A stretch of DNA of 64,000 nt from positions 12,712,238 to 12,776,237 of the forward strand of contig OZ316892.1 of the NCBI GenBank assembly GCA_973895155.1, written 5' to 3'. The notes beneath the pieces were generated by a model, which was given only the letters and a program-made list of their open reading frames with translations, did no database searches and was not told the origin of the DNA. This document shows, in pieces, positions 24,841 to 37,200 of the stretch. Every line of letters starts with the position of its first letter. Position 1 is the stretch's first letter. A program made the translations under genes and the position numbers. Source of the stretch: Marsupella aquatica (taxonomy: Eukaryota; Plantae; Marchantiophyta).

Positions 24841-27800
24841 ATGGGATCCGCTCCATCACGCCTCACGGCCTGCTTCAGGCCTCGTTATGATTATTATGAT
24901 GGCATGGGAGTGCAATTTTCCGAGCCTTTGGATGAAGGATTGGGCCATTCCTTCTGTTACGTAAGGCCCTACGGCTCCCCCCAACTCGTAACACCGGACA
25001 GATCGGAGGAACTTGTCAATGGCGGAAAACATGTTTCTGTGATGCAAGGTTCTGACGAGCCTAGCGTCGATGTGGCTGCCCTTCCAATGTCCTTGAAGGT
25101 TGGTCCGGATTGCAATGAACTTTCAGCGATTCATTCTGTTGGTTTAGTTTGTTTATTGCTCATAGACAAATGGATGTGTGGAAATCGTTGTACCTCCAAT
25201 GTGAATGGCTTTTACGTTTTACTTCGTGTCCTTTGAGCAGGACTAGTAGCAAGTTCAGTGATTGTATCTGCAACCTCGTCTTGGAATCGCGGTGTTCGTA
25301 TTTCGCTCGTATGTGTATTCGTGGTGGGGTGATCCAGACGAGCCGTGTTTTTGGTTTGTTAGCAGGACGAAAAGGAGGATAATCACAACGAGAAAGGAAA
25401 GCTATCTGTAATTGATAGGCCCAGGCTGTCATCCGAGAAACCCAAGAATGCAACCAACGAGAAGGTTAGGAATGTTCACGAGACCTCCTTTAAAGCCATC
25501 TCTGGAGCATCCGTGTCGGCCAACACCGCCACTCCTAGGAGCATTAACAACTGCGAGCAGTTTAATTCCTTTTCGAATTTTCTGTATGACCGAGCAGCGG
25601 CTTTTGAAAGTACATCCTCCTTTTCTGCTATTCCCCTTCAACCAGTACCGAGAGGATTTTCAGGTCCTCTGTCGGGACCTCTCGATAAAGGCGACAGGGG
25701 ATTCATGTCTGGCCCGTTGGAGAGAGAGAGGGGGTTTTTGTCTGGTCCCTTGGAGAGAGGATTTATGTCTGGACCACTGGAAAGAGGATACATGTCCGGT
25801 CCTATGGATTGTTCTGTTGACCGTTCCCATTTCTCAGCTCCCCTGAATGCATCTTACCATGACAGTGGCTATTTTAGAAAAAGGAGGAAGTCCTTGCTCC
25901 AATTTATGACAAATGTGAGTGGCCCCTTGAAGAAAGTATTGTCTAAAACTGCCTCTTCTCTTGTCAAAACACACAAGTCCTTTGTTTCTCCTGTAAGAAA
26001 TTACATGTTTACCAGGGAAAAAAGCAAAGATCTCAATGACAGTGCTGGAGACAAGAGAGAACTGGATTGTGTGGATCCTTTGGTGGAGTTCTCGACCACA
26101 GAGTTGGACGTGAGCGGAAGTGACAACTTGCAGTGGGCTCAAGGAAAGGCAGGGGAGGATCGTGTTCATGTTGTGATTTCAGAAGAGCAGGGATGGATTT
26201 TTGTGGGCATTTATGATGGATTCAATGGTCCAGATGCACCTGACTTTCTTATGAGTAACCTCTATCCTGCTGTTTCTCAAGAGCTTCAAGGGTTGCTGTG
26301 GGAGTCAAAGGAAGAACCCAGTTTATCAGCGGACGATGGAGAAGAGATCAAAGAATCCAGTGATGGGGAAGCTTTTGGTCACGGCCCGGTTGATGGAGGA
26401 GAGCAGGGACGTGAATGGCGGCGGAGCCAAAGGGCCGGAGGCGATGTCATGATGGAAGGGACACAGCAAGAAGAGCTTGGGAGGCTCAATGTGGGCCAGA
26501 AACAGAGAAAAAGTGGAAATGGGCAAGATAAAAATGAAGAGAAGGCTCGCATTGAAGTAGACGGGGCCGAGAAAAAGGACATCTCAACGTTGTCCGTAGA
26601 TGACAGTAGACACCCAGAGTGCAGAGATGGGATGTTTGAACTTGTGAAGGAACCGCAGATTTCATCTGGAGCTTGTTCAAATCCAGATGCCTCACAAATT
26701 GTGGGCGAGCACCCAAGGGATCAGGCAGGAGGCACTTGTACAGTTTCTGGCCAGGAAGAGAAATATCCAGATGTTGTCACGGCGGGAGGTATTTGGAGGC
26801 ATGAAAGATTTGCCACTGAAGGGGCAGGGAAACTAGCTGAAGATTGGGGTCATGAACAGATCGATGTAATAGAGAATGAAAGGTCTTCCGACTTGCCGGA
26901 GTACAGTGAAGCTAGCTCAGTCTCCGAGCAAGAACATAATCGAAAGAAGAAGAGAACGGCGCCTGGGATGAGACACCGTCATAGTCATGATAGACGGAAA
27001 GAGCAACTCCGGAAATATCTCCAGTGGAGGTACGACTGGGATCAGGAGCAGTCTGGAATAGTGCAGAAAGTGAAGAATGCAAAAATAGCTCAGGAGCCTG
27101 ATAGTCCCGGTAAAGGAAAAGCTGTGGAACATGATTCTGTCTTGAAAGCCCTTGCCAGAGCTCTAGAGAACACTGAAAACGCGTACTTGGACATGGCTGA
27201 CAATGTGCTATATGAGAACCCTGAGTTGGCTCTGATGGGTTCATGTGTGTTAGTAATGCTTATGAAAGATGAAGACATGTATATATTGAATGTTGGAGAC
27301 AGTCGAGCCATCTTAGCTCAACGCCCAAAGGTAGAACCTGTAGCTGCTGTACTGGGACGGAATGGATATCAAGGAAATGATACTGGAGCAAGAGACTCTC
27401 TCTTAAGACTTGAACTGGAGCGTATAATTGAGGAAACTCCTATGGAACTAGAGGAGTTGGAGTCGTTTTATGAGAATGGAAGCGTTGGAGCTCCAATCCC
27501 ATCTGAGCCTTCATTGTTGGGTGCTTTGCAACTGACGACAGACCATAGCACAAACATTACGGAGGTGAGTCTATTTTCGGTCGAAACTCTGCCTTTTTTT
27601 ATCTTTGCGCCGTGGGCCTCCACCGGGACTCCTTTCAGAAATTACATTCGAGACATGAACTGGCCTCATCTCTCACCGGAGGTTCACCAAGGTCCATTAA
27701 AGGAGTCGATGCCTGGATCAAGCATAATAGGAATACACTTTGAAGTTAAGATGGGTGGTCTTATCTTATCTTAGGTCAAGATCACGGCATTTCTCGAATA

Positions 27801-29575
27801 TTATTGGTATCTTGTACTCCTCAAATGCAGTGATCGTAGGTGTCTGGCAGTAGTTGTTGATGTTTCCAAGTGAGAGGTTTCATGGTCAATGGCAGTCGTA
27901 GAGGACAGAGGGGGTTAGAGTACACTCTCGTTGAACGCGAGCCGTGCACATGTCTTGCTGTCCAAAGTTATATCTAAAAAATCCAACTGCGAAAATATCC
28001 ATCAGCAAGCTATTGTCCATGAAATCTACCTTGCGAAAAGTACATAATGTGAAGAAAGCTAATCTATACTTCCCAACCATTATTTTTGGCCTATATCGAC
28101 CAACACGAGGGGAACAATGGATCAGATGTCTTAGAGGAAGCAAGTGGTTCAAATTGCTCAATTGAGATCCAAAGTCTTTCCGTTGGTACATGTGATCTGA
28201 GCTAGTGGTTTACTGTTAGCTTCGACATGGCACTTGTATACTGAATGGGCACCTGTTGTTTTAGTTCCTGAAATTCAGTTGTAATTGTACAGGAGGTCGA
28301 ACGCCTCAGAGCGGAACATCCAGATGATGATACAATTGAAAATGATCGCGTGAAAGGAAAGCTAAAAGTAACTCGGGCTTTTGGTGCTGGCTTCCTCAAA
28401 CAGGTAAAAGATATTCTGATTGCTTTCACATGATGATCGACTCGTGAGATTTCCCAGCTTCGTGTGTAATATAATATTTTGATCCATAGATGGATCATCT
28501 GGGCATTTTGTATGGAGAGATCACAACCATGTTATCGAACTCCGTTCCAGTGATTTCCAGATCATGAAATTAGTTGGTGACTAAACCGGGTCACTATTGT
28601 AAAGATTCTGTGCTTCTGAAAGTTTTACGCTGAAGTGTTTCTTAAATTCCGTGTGCTGTCTTTGTACTTCGAAGATATGCCTAGACTGCGGTCTTTAATC
28701 AAATTATCTGTGTGTTCTGAAATCAAGTCGTGGGTTGTGGCAGCCCAAGTGGAACAGTGCTCTTCTTGAAATGTTCCAAATCAATTTCATCGGTACTACT
28801 CCTTACATCACTTGCTCTCCAGCTCTTTATCATCACAGGCTGGGACCCCAGGACGAGTTCTTGGTTCTGTCATCTGATGGGTTGTACCAGTACTTCAGCA
28901 ATGAGGAAGTCGTGTCACATGTAGAGTCGTTCATGAAGAAGTTTCCAGATGGAGACCCTGCACAACATTTAATAGAAGAGCTGCTGTTCCGGGCAGCTAA
29001 GAAAGCTGGTATGCCCTTTATCCTTCTTCTCACTAGTTTCAATGTCATTAGTCACCAAACTCAGATGTAGTAGTGTTTAGTCTATTTTTGTGTGGTATGA
29101 GAAGAGTCTCAGTCTATGGTTTTTGTTAGTTGCAACCTTGAAATTGTAATACTAAAGTGAAACTTCACTAAAATGTTATCCCTTGTTTGTTTCCGAACAA
29201 GGTAATTGTGCTTGTCAATCACGCTGTAGTGAACGCTTTATCGTTTGTGAAGCGGCAACTAAAAGGAATGAAATCCCACTTGACATACCACAGAGCCTTG
29301 GTTCCGGACAGACCGCAGAGCCTTGGTGCCGCACAAACATCTCATAGATTGCAACCTGTTAAAGTTTCGGTAATTCGAACAAATTATACCAGATTTCTCT
29401 CCGTTATAGCTGCAGCAATCTGATTGTACATGTCTGACCTTGCTTGTGTCTGTCGTTAGGTATGGACTTTCATGAGCTATTGGACATTCCTCAAGGAGAC
29501 CGCCGGAAATACCATGATGACGTATCAGTGATGGTTATCTCGCTTGAAGGAAGGATCTGGCGATCGTCAGGTTAA
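24841..29575 (+). CDS. POL/PLL: Protein phosphatase 2C, POLTERGEIST/PLL clade (~982 aa)
   Basis: Exons 24841-25098, 25366-27564, 28293-28403, 28744-29008 and 29460-29575 join in frame with GT-AG introns. Clade motifs include N-terminal MG...[37 protein letters not shown], repeated SGPL(E/D), [77 protein letters not shown] and [24 protein letters not shown]. Confidence 0.95.
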
Positions 29576-30769
29576 GAATTGGCTTAGTTTGTCGTCGGTG
29601 GGCTGAAGGAGATCAATCTTACAAAAGAATAACTGTAACAAGTGAAGATTGGTATCAAGATCACCCTTTTAAGTGCCGTTGCCTATGCAGTCCACGTTTT
29701 TGTATCATGACACTGAGAAAGGCAGGTCAAGGTCGGAAGCCTCAACTTTGAAAATGTTCTGCTGTAGGCGTGACCAGGTTAGATGAAGGGTGTATGGTCC
29801 TAAGCAACAGTATTTTCTCGAATTCAAATGCTGTCGAGAGGGCAAATGTCAAAGTACAGGCTGAATTGAACAGCAAAAACCACGTCTAAGGCCCTTCTGT
29901 TCAGATCAAGAGCCTAATGGGAAAAGTTACCATAAATTGAAGGCTTGTACACCATCAGGATCTCCGTAAAACTCTGCAGCATCGCCAGAAGTGGAAGGAG
30001 AGTTCTGACTCCAGCAACGGTTGGAAACTTGGGGAACAAGTGAAGGATTTGAGGAAAATCAATGAGCTTTGAATGCCCTTAAGGACAGTCGAAGAAGATT
30101 CAGCCTGCAAGACACATATGAGCTTGAATCTCCAGCTCGCTGCTCTTCTTGGTTACTTTGAGGCAAGAAGTCTCCCTTTCCTATGCGATTTGATGGTCTA
30201 GCAAATGAGTTGGCCTGAAGGAAAAGTCGAGAGAAGCTCTAAGGGAGATATTGGGAGTCCACCTTGCAGCCTGTTGACCCGACAATTTGTCCTGACTGTT
30301 TGGCAGTTTGGCTTTTGCCCATGTGGCTTTGGCTTACCTGGCTTCTGTCCTACCTGGCTTCTGTCCTACCTGCCTTAGATGTGAGGTCTTTATAACATTA
30401 CATTCTACTCAAATTTGAAGCTGAATTCTGGCTTTCTAACAGCAAATAATTGAAAACATTCCTGGAAGGTACGAGTACTTTGTGGGCTTATGTCTTACGA
30501 GTGCTCTTCATGACGGTATGTGTAGCGGCCTTTACGTCAGACGGATCCGAACTTTTCTCAGATTGTCAACTTTTGGCCCACTGAAGTGAACCAGCATATA
30601 GATATGGTTGGGCCGTAGATGGTGGATTGGATTCCCTATCTTCAGTTGCTTTTCTTGTGACCATTTAGTGATAGTGGTAAGCAGCAGGTCACAAGAATTT
30701 TCTTAAAGGGAGTGCTGCCCCGGTTGCATAAAGGGTGGGAGCCACACTATGCCTCTATGTTAACCGATT

Positions 30770-30990
30770 ACAGGTTGGTTCCTTTTGCCTGCTCCATTCG
30801 CTATCTCTTCACAACAAATGAACGTGAAGGCAGGGTTTGATCTTCGAACATCAAGGTCTCCTGCCCAATCACTATCTTTGAATTCCCTTTAAAAATTGCT
30901 GTAGTGGGATATCTGATGTTCTTTCTGGAGAAAAGGCACTTTACAGCCTCGGCACTCCTGCCTCTCTGGCAAGCCTATGAATGCTTTTGA
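30770..30990 (-). mobile_element. Decayed Ty1/Copia RT-RNase H junction fragment
   Basis: The minus strand reads DSDWAGDLDVRRS, the Copia RNase H start motif. AVK-like sequence lies upstream and a frameshifted WSRQKEPT downstream. Confidence 0.55.
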
Positions 30991-31342
30991 CAATTGCCAA
31001 TGTCAAGAACCTTAATTGCAAATGTAGTCGATGACCTGGATTGTGGGTGTCGACCTTGATTGTGGACATCGTTCCCAACAGTCAACTACGACTGCAGTAT
31101 CAGGTCCATTGTTGCCATATCATTTACTAAAGACCCTCTCTGCACTTTGACTCTTGCATATATTCCTTTGGGGTGGTCAATTGATTTGTTTAAGCTTAAA
31201 GCACCGCATTATAGCCATATTCGGGGCCCATATGGTCTGCAAACGAAAGGTAGTGTTTACTTTTTATTGTGTGATCTTCTTTGGGCAAACGATGAATGAC
31301 ACCAAACACGCTTATCATTCAGAACATGTTTGGGTGATCTAA

Positions 31343-32080
31343 GAGCGTCTCCAATGGTTAAACTTGTGACTGCCACCGCTCAGATTTACAGACACGTTTT
31401 GTGCGTGGGGAATAGGTTCACCTCTGTACCAGAGTCAATTCCCCGTGGCAGTCCTCAAAGTCACAATGTCTGCAGTAGTAGTCTCTGAGAAGGGGTCCAA
31501 GTAGCTATTGGGAATTCCCAGTGGCAGTCCCCAAAGTTACAATGTCTGCAGCAGTAGTCTCTGTAACGGGTCCAGGTAGCTAGTGCGACTGGCTTGTGGA
31601 CAGTGTTTGCCCAGTCAATCACTTTTGGGGGAGTCTTTGACAGTCTAGACAGGGAACTGCTGCTGTTAGCAAATTTGGAGGCCGGCAGAGACCAGTAGGG
31701 CGTGTCAAAGCACTGCCATACACAGGGTTTTATGGCTGTGACTTCTTGGATGTCTGATAAGCGGGCACATGTATAGGTAGCTTGTATGGTCCACTGCCAT
31801 AAGCAGGGTGTTATGGCTGTGACTTCTTGGATGTCTGATAAGCGGGCATGCGTATAGGGAGCTCGTAAGTTTTTCGTCCTGGTCATAAACCATTTTATGT
31901 CATGGGCCAACCTCACTTACGGTGCTATTTTGATGCACTCTATTTGGGTGGTCAATCTCCATCAATTTGCCAATGTACAAGACCGGAGGGAGACCAACCT
32001 GGAAAACTCATCCAACATATTGTTTTCTGGAGGATACGAGCAAAAAAAGCCACCCAAATAAGCTACCTCTGGAGATGCTC
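31343..32080. mobile_element. Tourist-like MITE with internal tandem repeats
   Basis: Ends read TAA|GAGCGTCTCCA...TGGAGATGCTC|TTG, the same TIR type as 15207-15625 but with an imperfect TSD. It contains ~76-bp and 84-bp internal tandem duplications. Confidence 0.6.
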
Positions 32081-32629
32081 TTGCTGAAGAAGTCACGAGC
32101 ATGTGAGCCTCCTTTCAGAAGTTTGGTTTGGAATGGGGGTAGCCCCATAAATTACACGGGCACATCCATTGGAACATTCATGGGTTGAACGATGACAATG
32201 TCTTGGATCGGTCGCCTCTGGTCAATGACAGACATCTTGGCATTAAAATTAGATAAAGAACTAAATCAATAAATGATTTGGATTCTAGCCTAGCCTATCC
32301 ATGTCATCCCCACCTTCCTCCAGTATATCACTGGCAGTTTTTTGTGAGTGCAGCACATGGCTTGGAGTGTCAATCAGTTTGACTAAGACTGAGTTCCTCA
32401 GTGTGAAGTGTACAATGCTCCAGGAGCTTCGTTCGTTGGAGAGTACCGTATTAAACTTTGTATCATGGTCACATTCTTTCCGGAATGAGCCACATGGCGT
32501 AAGATCGCCTCCGGATAAATGACAATGTCTTGGATCGGTCACCTTCGGATAAATCATTGTCATTGTCTCTGATCATATCGTGTGCAACTACAATAATCCC
32601 ATTGCTCTCTCTGTCTCCCGTCAGATTCA

Positions 32630-32999
32630 ACATTGCCATCTGGTGAGGGATTATCATTCTCCTTGCCCCCTTGGCTTTCTTTCGACAGAGGGCCCAGACT
32701 TTCACTATTCTTTGTAGGGCCGAGGCAGTTGGTTTTAGGGCCTCTAGACAGATTCCCCTCCGTGACCCTCCTATGTGATTCACTCCAGAGCTCTACCAGG
32801 CTCTTCAGTTTACCTCCCAGCAAGGTTTTTAGTTTGTTGTTTGTTTCTTAGTTTTTTTTGTTTTTGTGGGATACTCCTTGACTTGTTGGTCCTCTTTGGT
32901 CTTCTTAGGGTCTTTCCCTTCCCCCCTTTATTGGGTACTTTGCCTTAGGTATCATGTCTTTCGGTTTGGTGTTCCTGTCTTTTTGGCAGTGTGATATAC
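32630..32999 (+). mobile_element. Truncated LINE-like 3' end
   Basis: A T-rich tail ends TTTTTGGCAGTGTGATATA. It aligns by eye with the inverted copies at 55797-56030 and 62598-62790. Confidence 0.55.
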
Positions 33000-33294
33000 A
33001 CCTAATAATTTATTAAAGAGATGTACTTGATGGACCTCAAAATTGAAATGTAGACCCATGAGCTTCCATGAGCTTTTGGGTACATTGATTTGATATCTAT
33101 CAAGGGGGGTCTGGATCCCTCATCATTCATGGGTCCATAATCAACACTTTGCATTTTGGGGGTCCATCAAGTATCTCGCTCACCTTTATTAACAATCTGG
33201 CAAACGGTTTGATCATCAGGACTGCGGGTAGAAGAAGTGGGAGAGGAGAGACTGGTCGAATGAAAGAATTCAATGAAATGGCAGCAGAATTGAG

Positions 33295-33442
33295 AATTGA
33301 TGGGGACTCCCTGGCTTGTTGGGGCTCTTTCGTCTTCTTCGGGTCTTTCCCTTTTGCTCTCTCCCCCTTCATTATTGGGTCTTTCGCATTTGGGATCCTG
33401 TCTCCAGGTTTTGGCGTTTTTGTTCTTTGGCACGATGATATA
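33295..33442 (+). mobile_element. Short truncated LINE-like 3' end
   Basis: GGGGACTCCCTGGCTTG...TTTGGCACGATGATATA has the same terminus as the other family members. Confidence 0.55.
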
Positions 33443-34211
33443 GATGAATTTAGTAAAAATGTCGAACAATTGAAGAGGAGAACAGAGTCCGGGGTAGGTG
33501 GAGCCGAAAGAACAATGGATGGAATCTGCGGAGTCAGAGAAACATAAAATATGTGCGAATCGGCCTGGAGAACCGGAGCAGCAGTAATCATCAGCCCACT
33601 GCCAAAGTTTCGAAAGAGTTCACGTTATTCGACAAAGCTGCTGCCCATCTAGAGGAGGAGCTTTTTCCGTAGTAACGTGGGAGTAGTAGTAATACGTTGT
33701 GTTGTGGAAGAGTTGCGATCGATCTTGCATCCTCATTCTCATCATCTCTTGTCATTCGCCGCGGGCGTTTCCTTCCATTGCGTTTCTACGGAGCCCGACA
33801 AAGCCCACGCACGAACCATTTGACAGAGGTAGTTATCGTAATGTGCAGCTCGTTGCTTGCCAATGTGCCTTCGCCGATTCCCAGAATTAGAGGTGGGCTT
33901 TCCACAGCGCCGATCGATTGGCCAGAGAGGTTGAAAGCTTCAAGGGAGATTACGTTTCCACAGTGCAGGACGGAACGCAGGTCGAATTATTTAATTTGTT
34001 TGGGAAGGTTCAGGTGGACTTGTGCTTGTTTTTCGTCTTGTTCTTCTTCTTCAGCGCAAATGCAAGGCTTGCTTGCATTGTATAGTAGAAACTGAGAGAA
34101 ACAGATCTGCATTGTGGGTGCGGGGAAGGAGAATGACGGTCAGATCTGGAATGTGGAGTCTGCAGTAGTTGAGTGGCTGACGCTGATTCAGTGGATGCGT
34201 AGGTTTCAGAG

Positions 34212-37200
34212 ATGAGACCGGAGGCAGGCAAGAAAGAAGGGGTGATTGCCCTCTTCGATGTCGATGACACTCTCACACCGGCCAGGAAGGTACGACTTTG
34301 CTGTTTCCGTAGGAGTTTCATTGCCATCTCTTCGATTTCTTGCTGGATCTGTTTGCTTCCATCCGAGCTCTACATTTCAGTTAGTTTTTCGGCTGGGATT
34401 TTCCTCGCAGCTGATCATTTGAACCACTTAACCACAATCACCCCCTTTCGGTCTCATTCATCACATTACTTCTCGGTCAAGATTTCTCTCGCAATGTAAG
34501 TAGGCAGGGGAGCTGGCCGTGCAATGCAGAACTCAGATGAGCATGTGATAGATTCGTTTGGTTTGGGTTTGGATTTTCTGGATATCAATGTCCTTCTCCT
34601 GGTTGATATCAATAAAGGTTGTATGTCCACCCAATCAGACCTGTTTGATTGCCACTACCCTTGGTCTTGTACCTGCCATGTTCTCCATATTCCACGGTCT
34701 GGTCTAAAGGGGCTACTGTGCCCCTGTCCTTCAGTACTTCAGTTCTCCATCAAGGTATATGCGAGGGAAGCAACTGCAGGCCTGTAGAGAATAGAGACTG
34801 CTGTGCTTGGACAATGACGTTTGGACACTTCAATGGAGATGCCACCTCAGTTGTGGATTATTTGTCACTCTTGACGAATTAGTAGATGTCAATTCTACTG
34901 GTTGGTACATATCTGCATAAGGAACTGAAATTCATAGGTGCTCATACAGGAGTGAGTATTTTCTAGCACAGAAGCTAAGTCGCCAGGGTGGAATGCCAAA
35001 CCCGCTTATTCTAACACAAAACTCTTGTGCCTGGAGACACTCGCTTGCCATCAAATTATTACCAAAATGTGTTTGAACTGACGATATTCCTTTCATCTTA
35101 TCAGGACGCGTCTGTAGAAATGCTCGGATTTTTACAAGAGCTTCGAAAGGTACATTCTTGACCAATTGAAAGTTCTATGCAAGCCTAGATGTTGCCACAA
35201 AGTGATAACGAGAGCACCATAATTGTCATTTTCGGAAAATTACGTCCTTGGTAATGTTCTTGCAAGACAGGCAGCGCGTCTTCGGTTGAAAACGTTGATC
35301 ATCGTTTATGATCGCCCAATGGTTGCGTTCAATGTGAAGAGTGGCTAATGGAGCTTTTTCGCTAATAGTTTTTTGATGTATCCAATGTCCTGTAGGTGGT
35401 TGCTGTTGGGATTGTGGGGGGATCAGACCTCGTCAAAATTTCTGAGCAACTCGGAAATAACAGTATGTCTTCACTTTGTCCTCTCATGTCAGGGCTTAAT
35501 TCCTCTAACGCATCCTCCCTGCCCTAATCCTATTAGGGTGAGCCACCAGGTGGATGTATGGCAAGAAACCTCCAGGACTCTCTGAACCTCTATGGCATGA
35601 CTTCTATCATTGTGGTTCGAAATGGCTTGAATGGCGGACAGCTTCCCTTATATTTAATTCAATATTATTTCGTACTTCTGGCAACTCGGGAAAGCGGAAA
35701 CGAGTGACAAGACACTATCTTTCTTAGCTGGTGGAACCACAATTCGCTAGGACATCCTTCAAAGTGAGCTTGCTCTTTGCAAACACCTTTACAAAGTCGA
35801 AAGACATTCGGTATCATTTTCCCCGCGGTCAAATCTATTAAGTAGTTTCTAATCACTGTAAATGTCTTTCAGCCACTTCTGACTACGACTATGTATTCTC
35901 GGAGAATGGCCTTGTGGCATACAAGTAGGGAAAGCTCATCGGCAACCAGGTTGTTATCTCTCACGTCGAGCTTTTGTATGAAATACATGCTTGGCTGACT
36001 AGACTTCTGAAAGGTCCCAATCATATAGATTCTTTCGATTCAAGCTGGGGGCCGCGTTTTGATTTTCGAGTCAAATGCCAGTATTTCATGCCAGTATGCC
36101 AGTTAAATGGCGATTAAGTCATGCAAACCCATTTTTCTCATCTCGACCTCTTCCTGTGCATCCTGGGAAAGATTCCATACATGCTCTAACAGTTGGCGAA
36201 GTGCTTTTGTACAACGTGCAGAGTATGAAGGCACATCTGGGCGAGGAAAAGCTGAAGGTGGGTCTCTTAGGCAGATTGTACTGCGCTTATGCTCAAAATC
36301 TGGACAATTTGACTTTTGGACTTGAGCAAACGCCATGCTCAAGTGCTTTCAGTATTTGCATCAATTAAGCCTCTCTTCTAACTGCAAGGGTTTGATTAGA
36401 GGTGTAGAATAAAGTACTTATTCATTTTGGATTTCTTTCCTGCTCAATAATAATGTTACAAATACACATCGTTGATTCTGTGTTGTCGTCCACTGTATTC
36501 TGCTCCAGAAATTTATCAACTTTATACTACACTACATTGCAGATTTAGATATTCCAATCAAGCGGTGAGATGTCCGACTTGAATGTCACTTCCCTGCTTA
36601 CGGGCCATGGTTGATTCTTCGTGCATTTTCATTTTGCATCTCAACTTCAAGTCGGATTAACACCTACTCTTGAAGTAATGGACTCTCAGCAGCGTTCTCA
36701 CGTTATCAACTTGTTGTCGGAGAATGGTCTTAGAATTTTATCGCACCTTGCTCACAATGGCTGGAATGGTTAGTCCTCAACGGAAATTTCTCGTAAATAT
36801 TGATCTGCTGCTGTAGGGTACCATTATTTGCTAAAGGCTATTGTTTCATTGTTTATGGAACTAGCGTTCTCCTCTGAGGATTTTTAAGGTTAATAACAGA
36901 TTCTCACCAAAAACTCAAATGTAGAGTCAGAAGACGTTTTCGCAAACAGATTCATATGGATGCTATGAAGTTGTTAAGAAGCGTCAAGCTGGGTTCAATA
37001 TTTTATGTTGTATCAGTGCACCTCCACCTTGAAGTCCTTCCAAATCCATTCGAGGCTGATCTCTGGTGAGGTGGGGTGCAGAGTTTCCTGACTGGGAATT
37101 GGAATTACAAATATCATGTTGTCCGAAATATTAACGATGGAATTTTCTCGTCACTCATACAAGAGTACTTTAGTTCTTTCATTATCTGACCGAGGAAGGA

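Noticed and set aside
35926-35928. Rescue of the PMM TAG by readthrough or U-to-C editing
   Set aside because: U-to-C editing is established for organellar transcripts, and the downstream frameshift and motif I change would still disable the protein.
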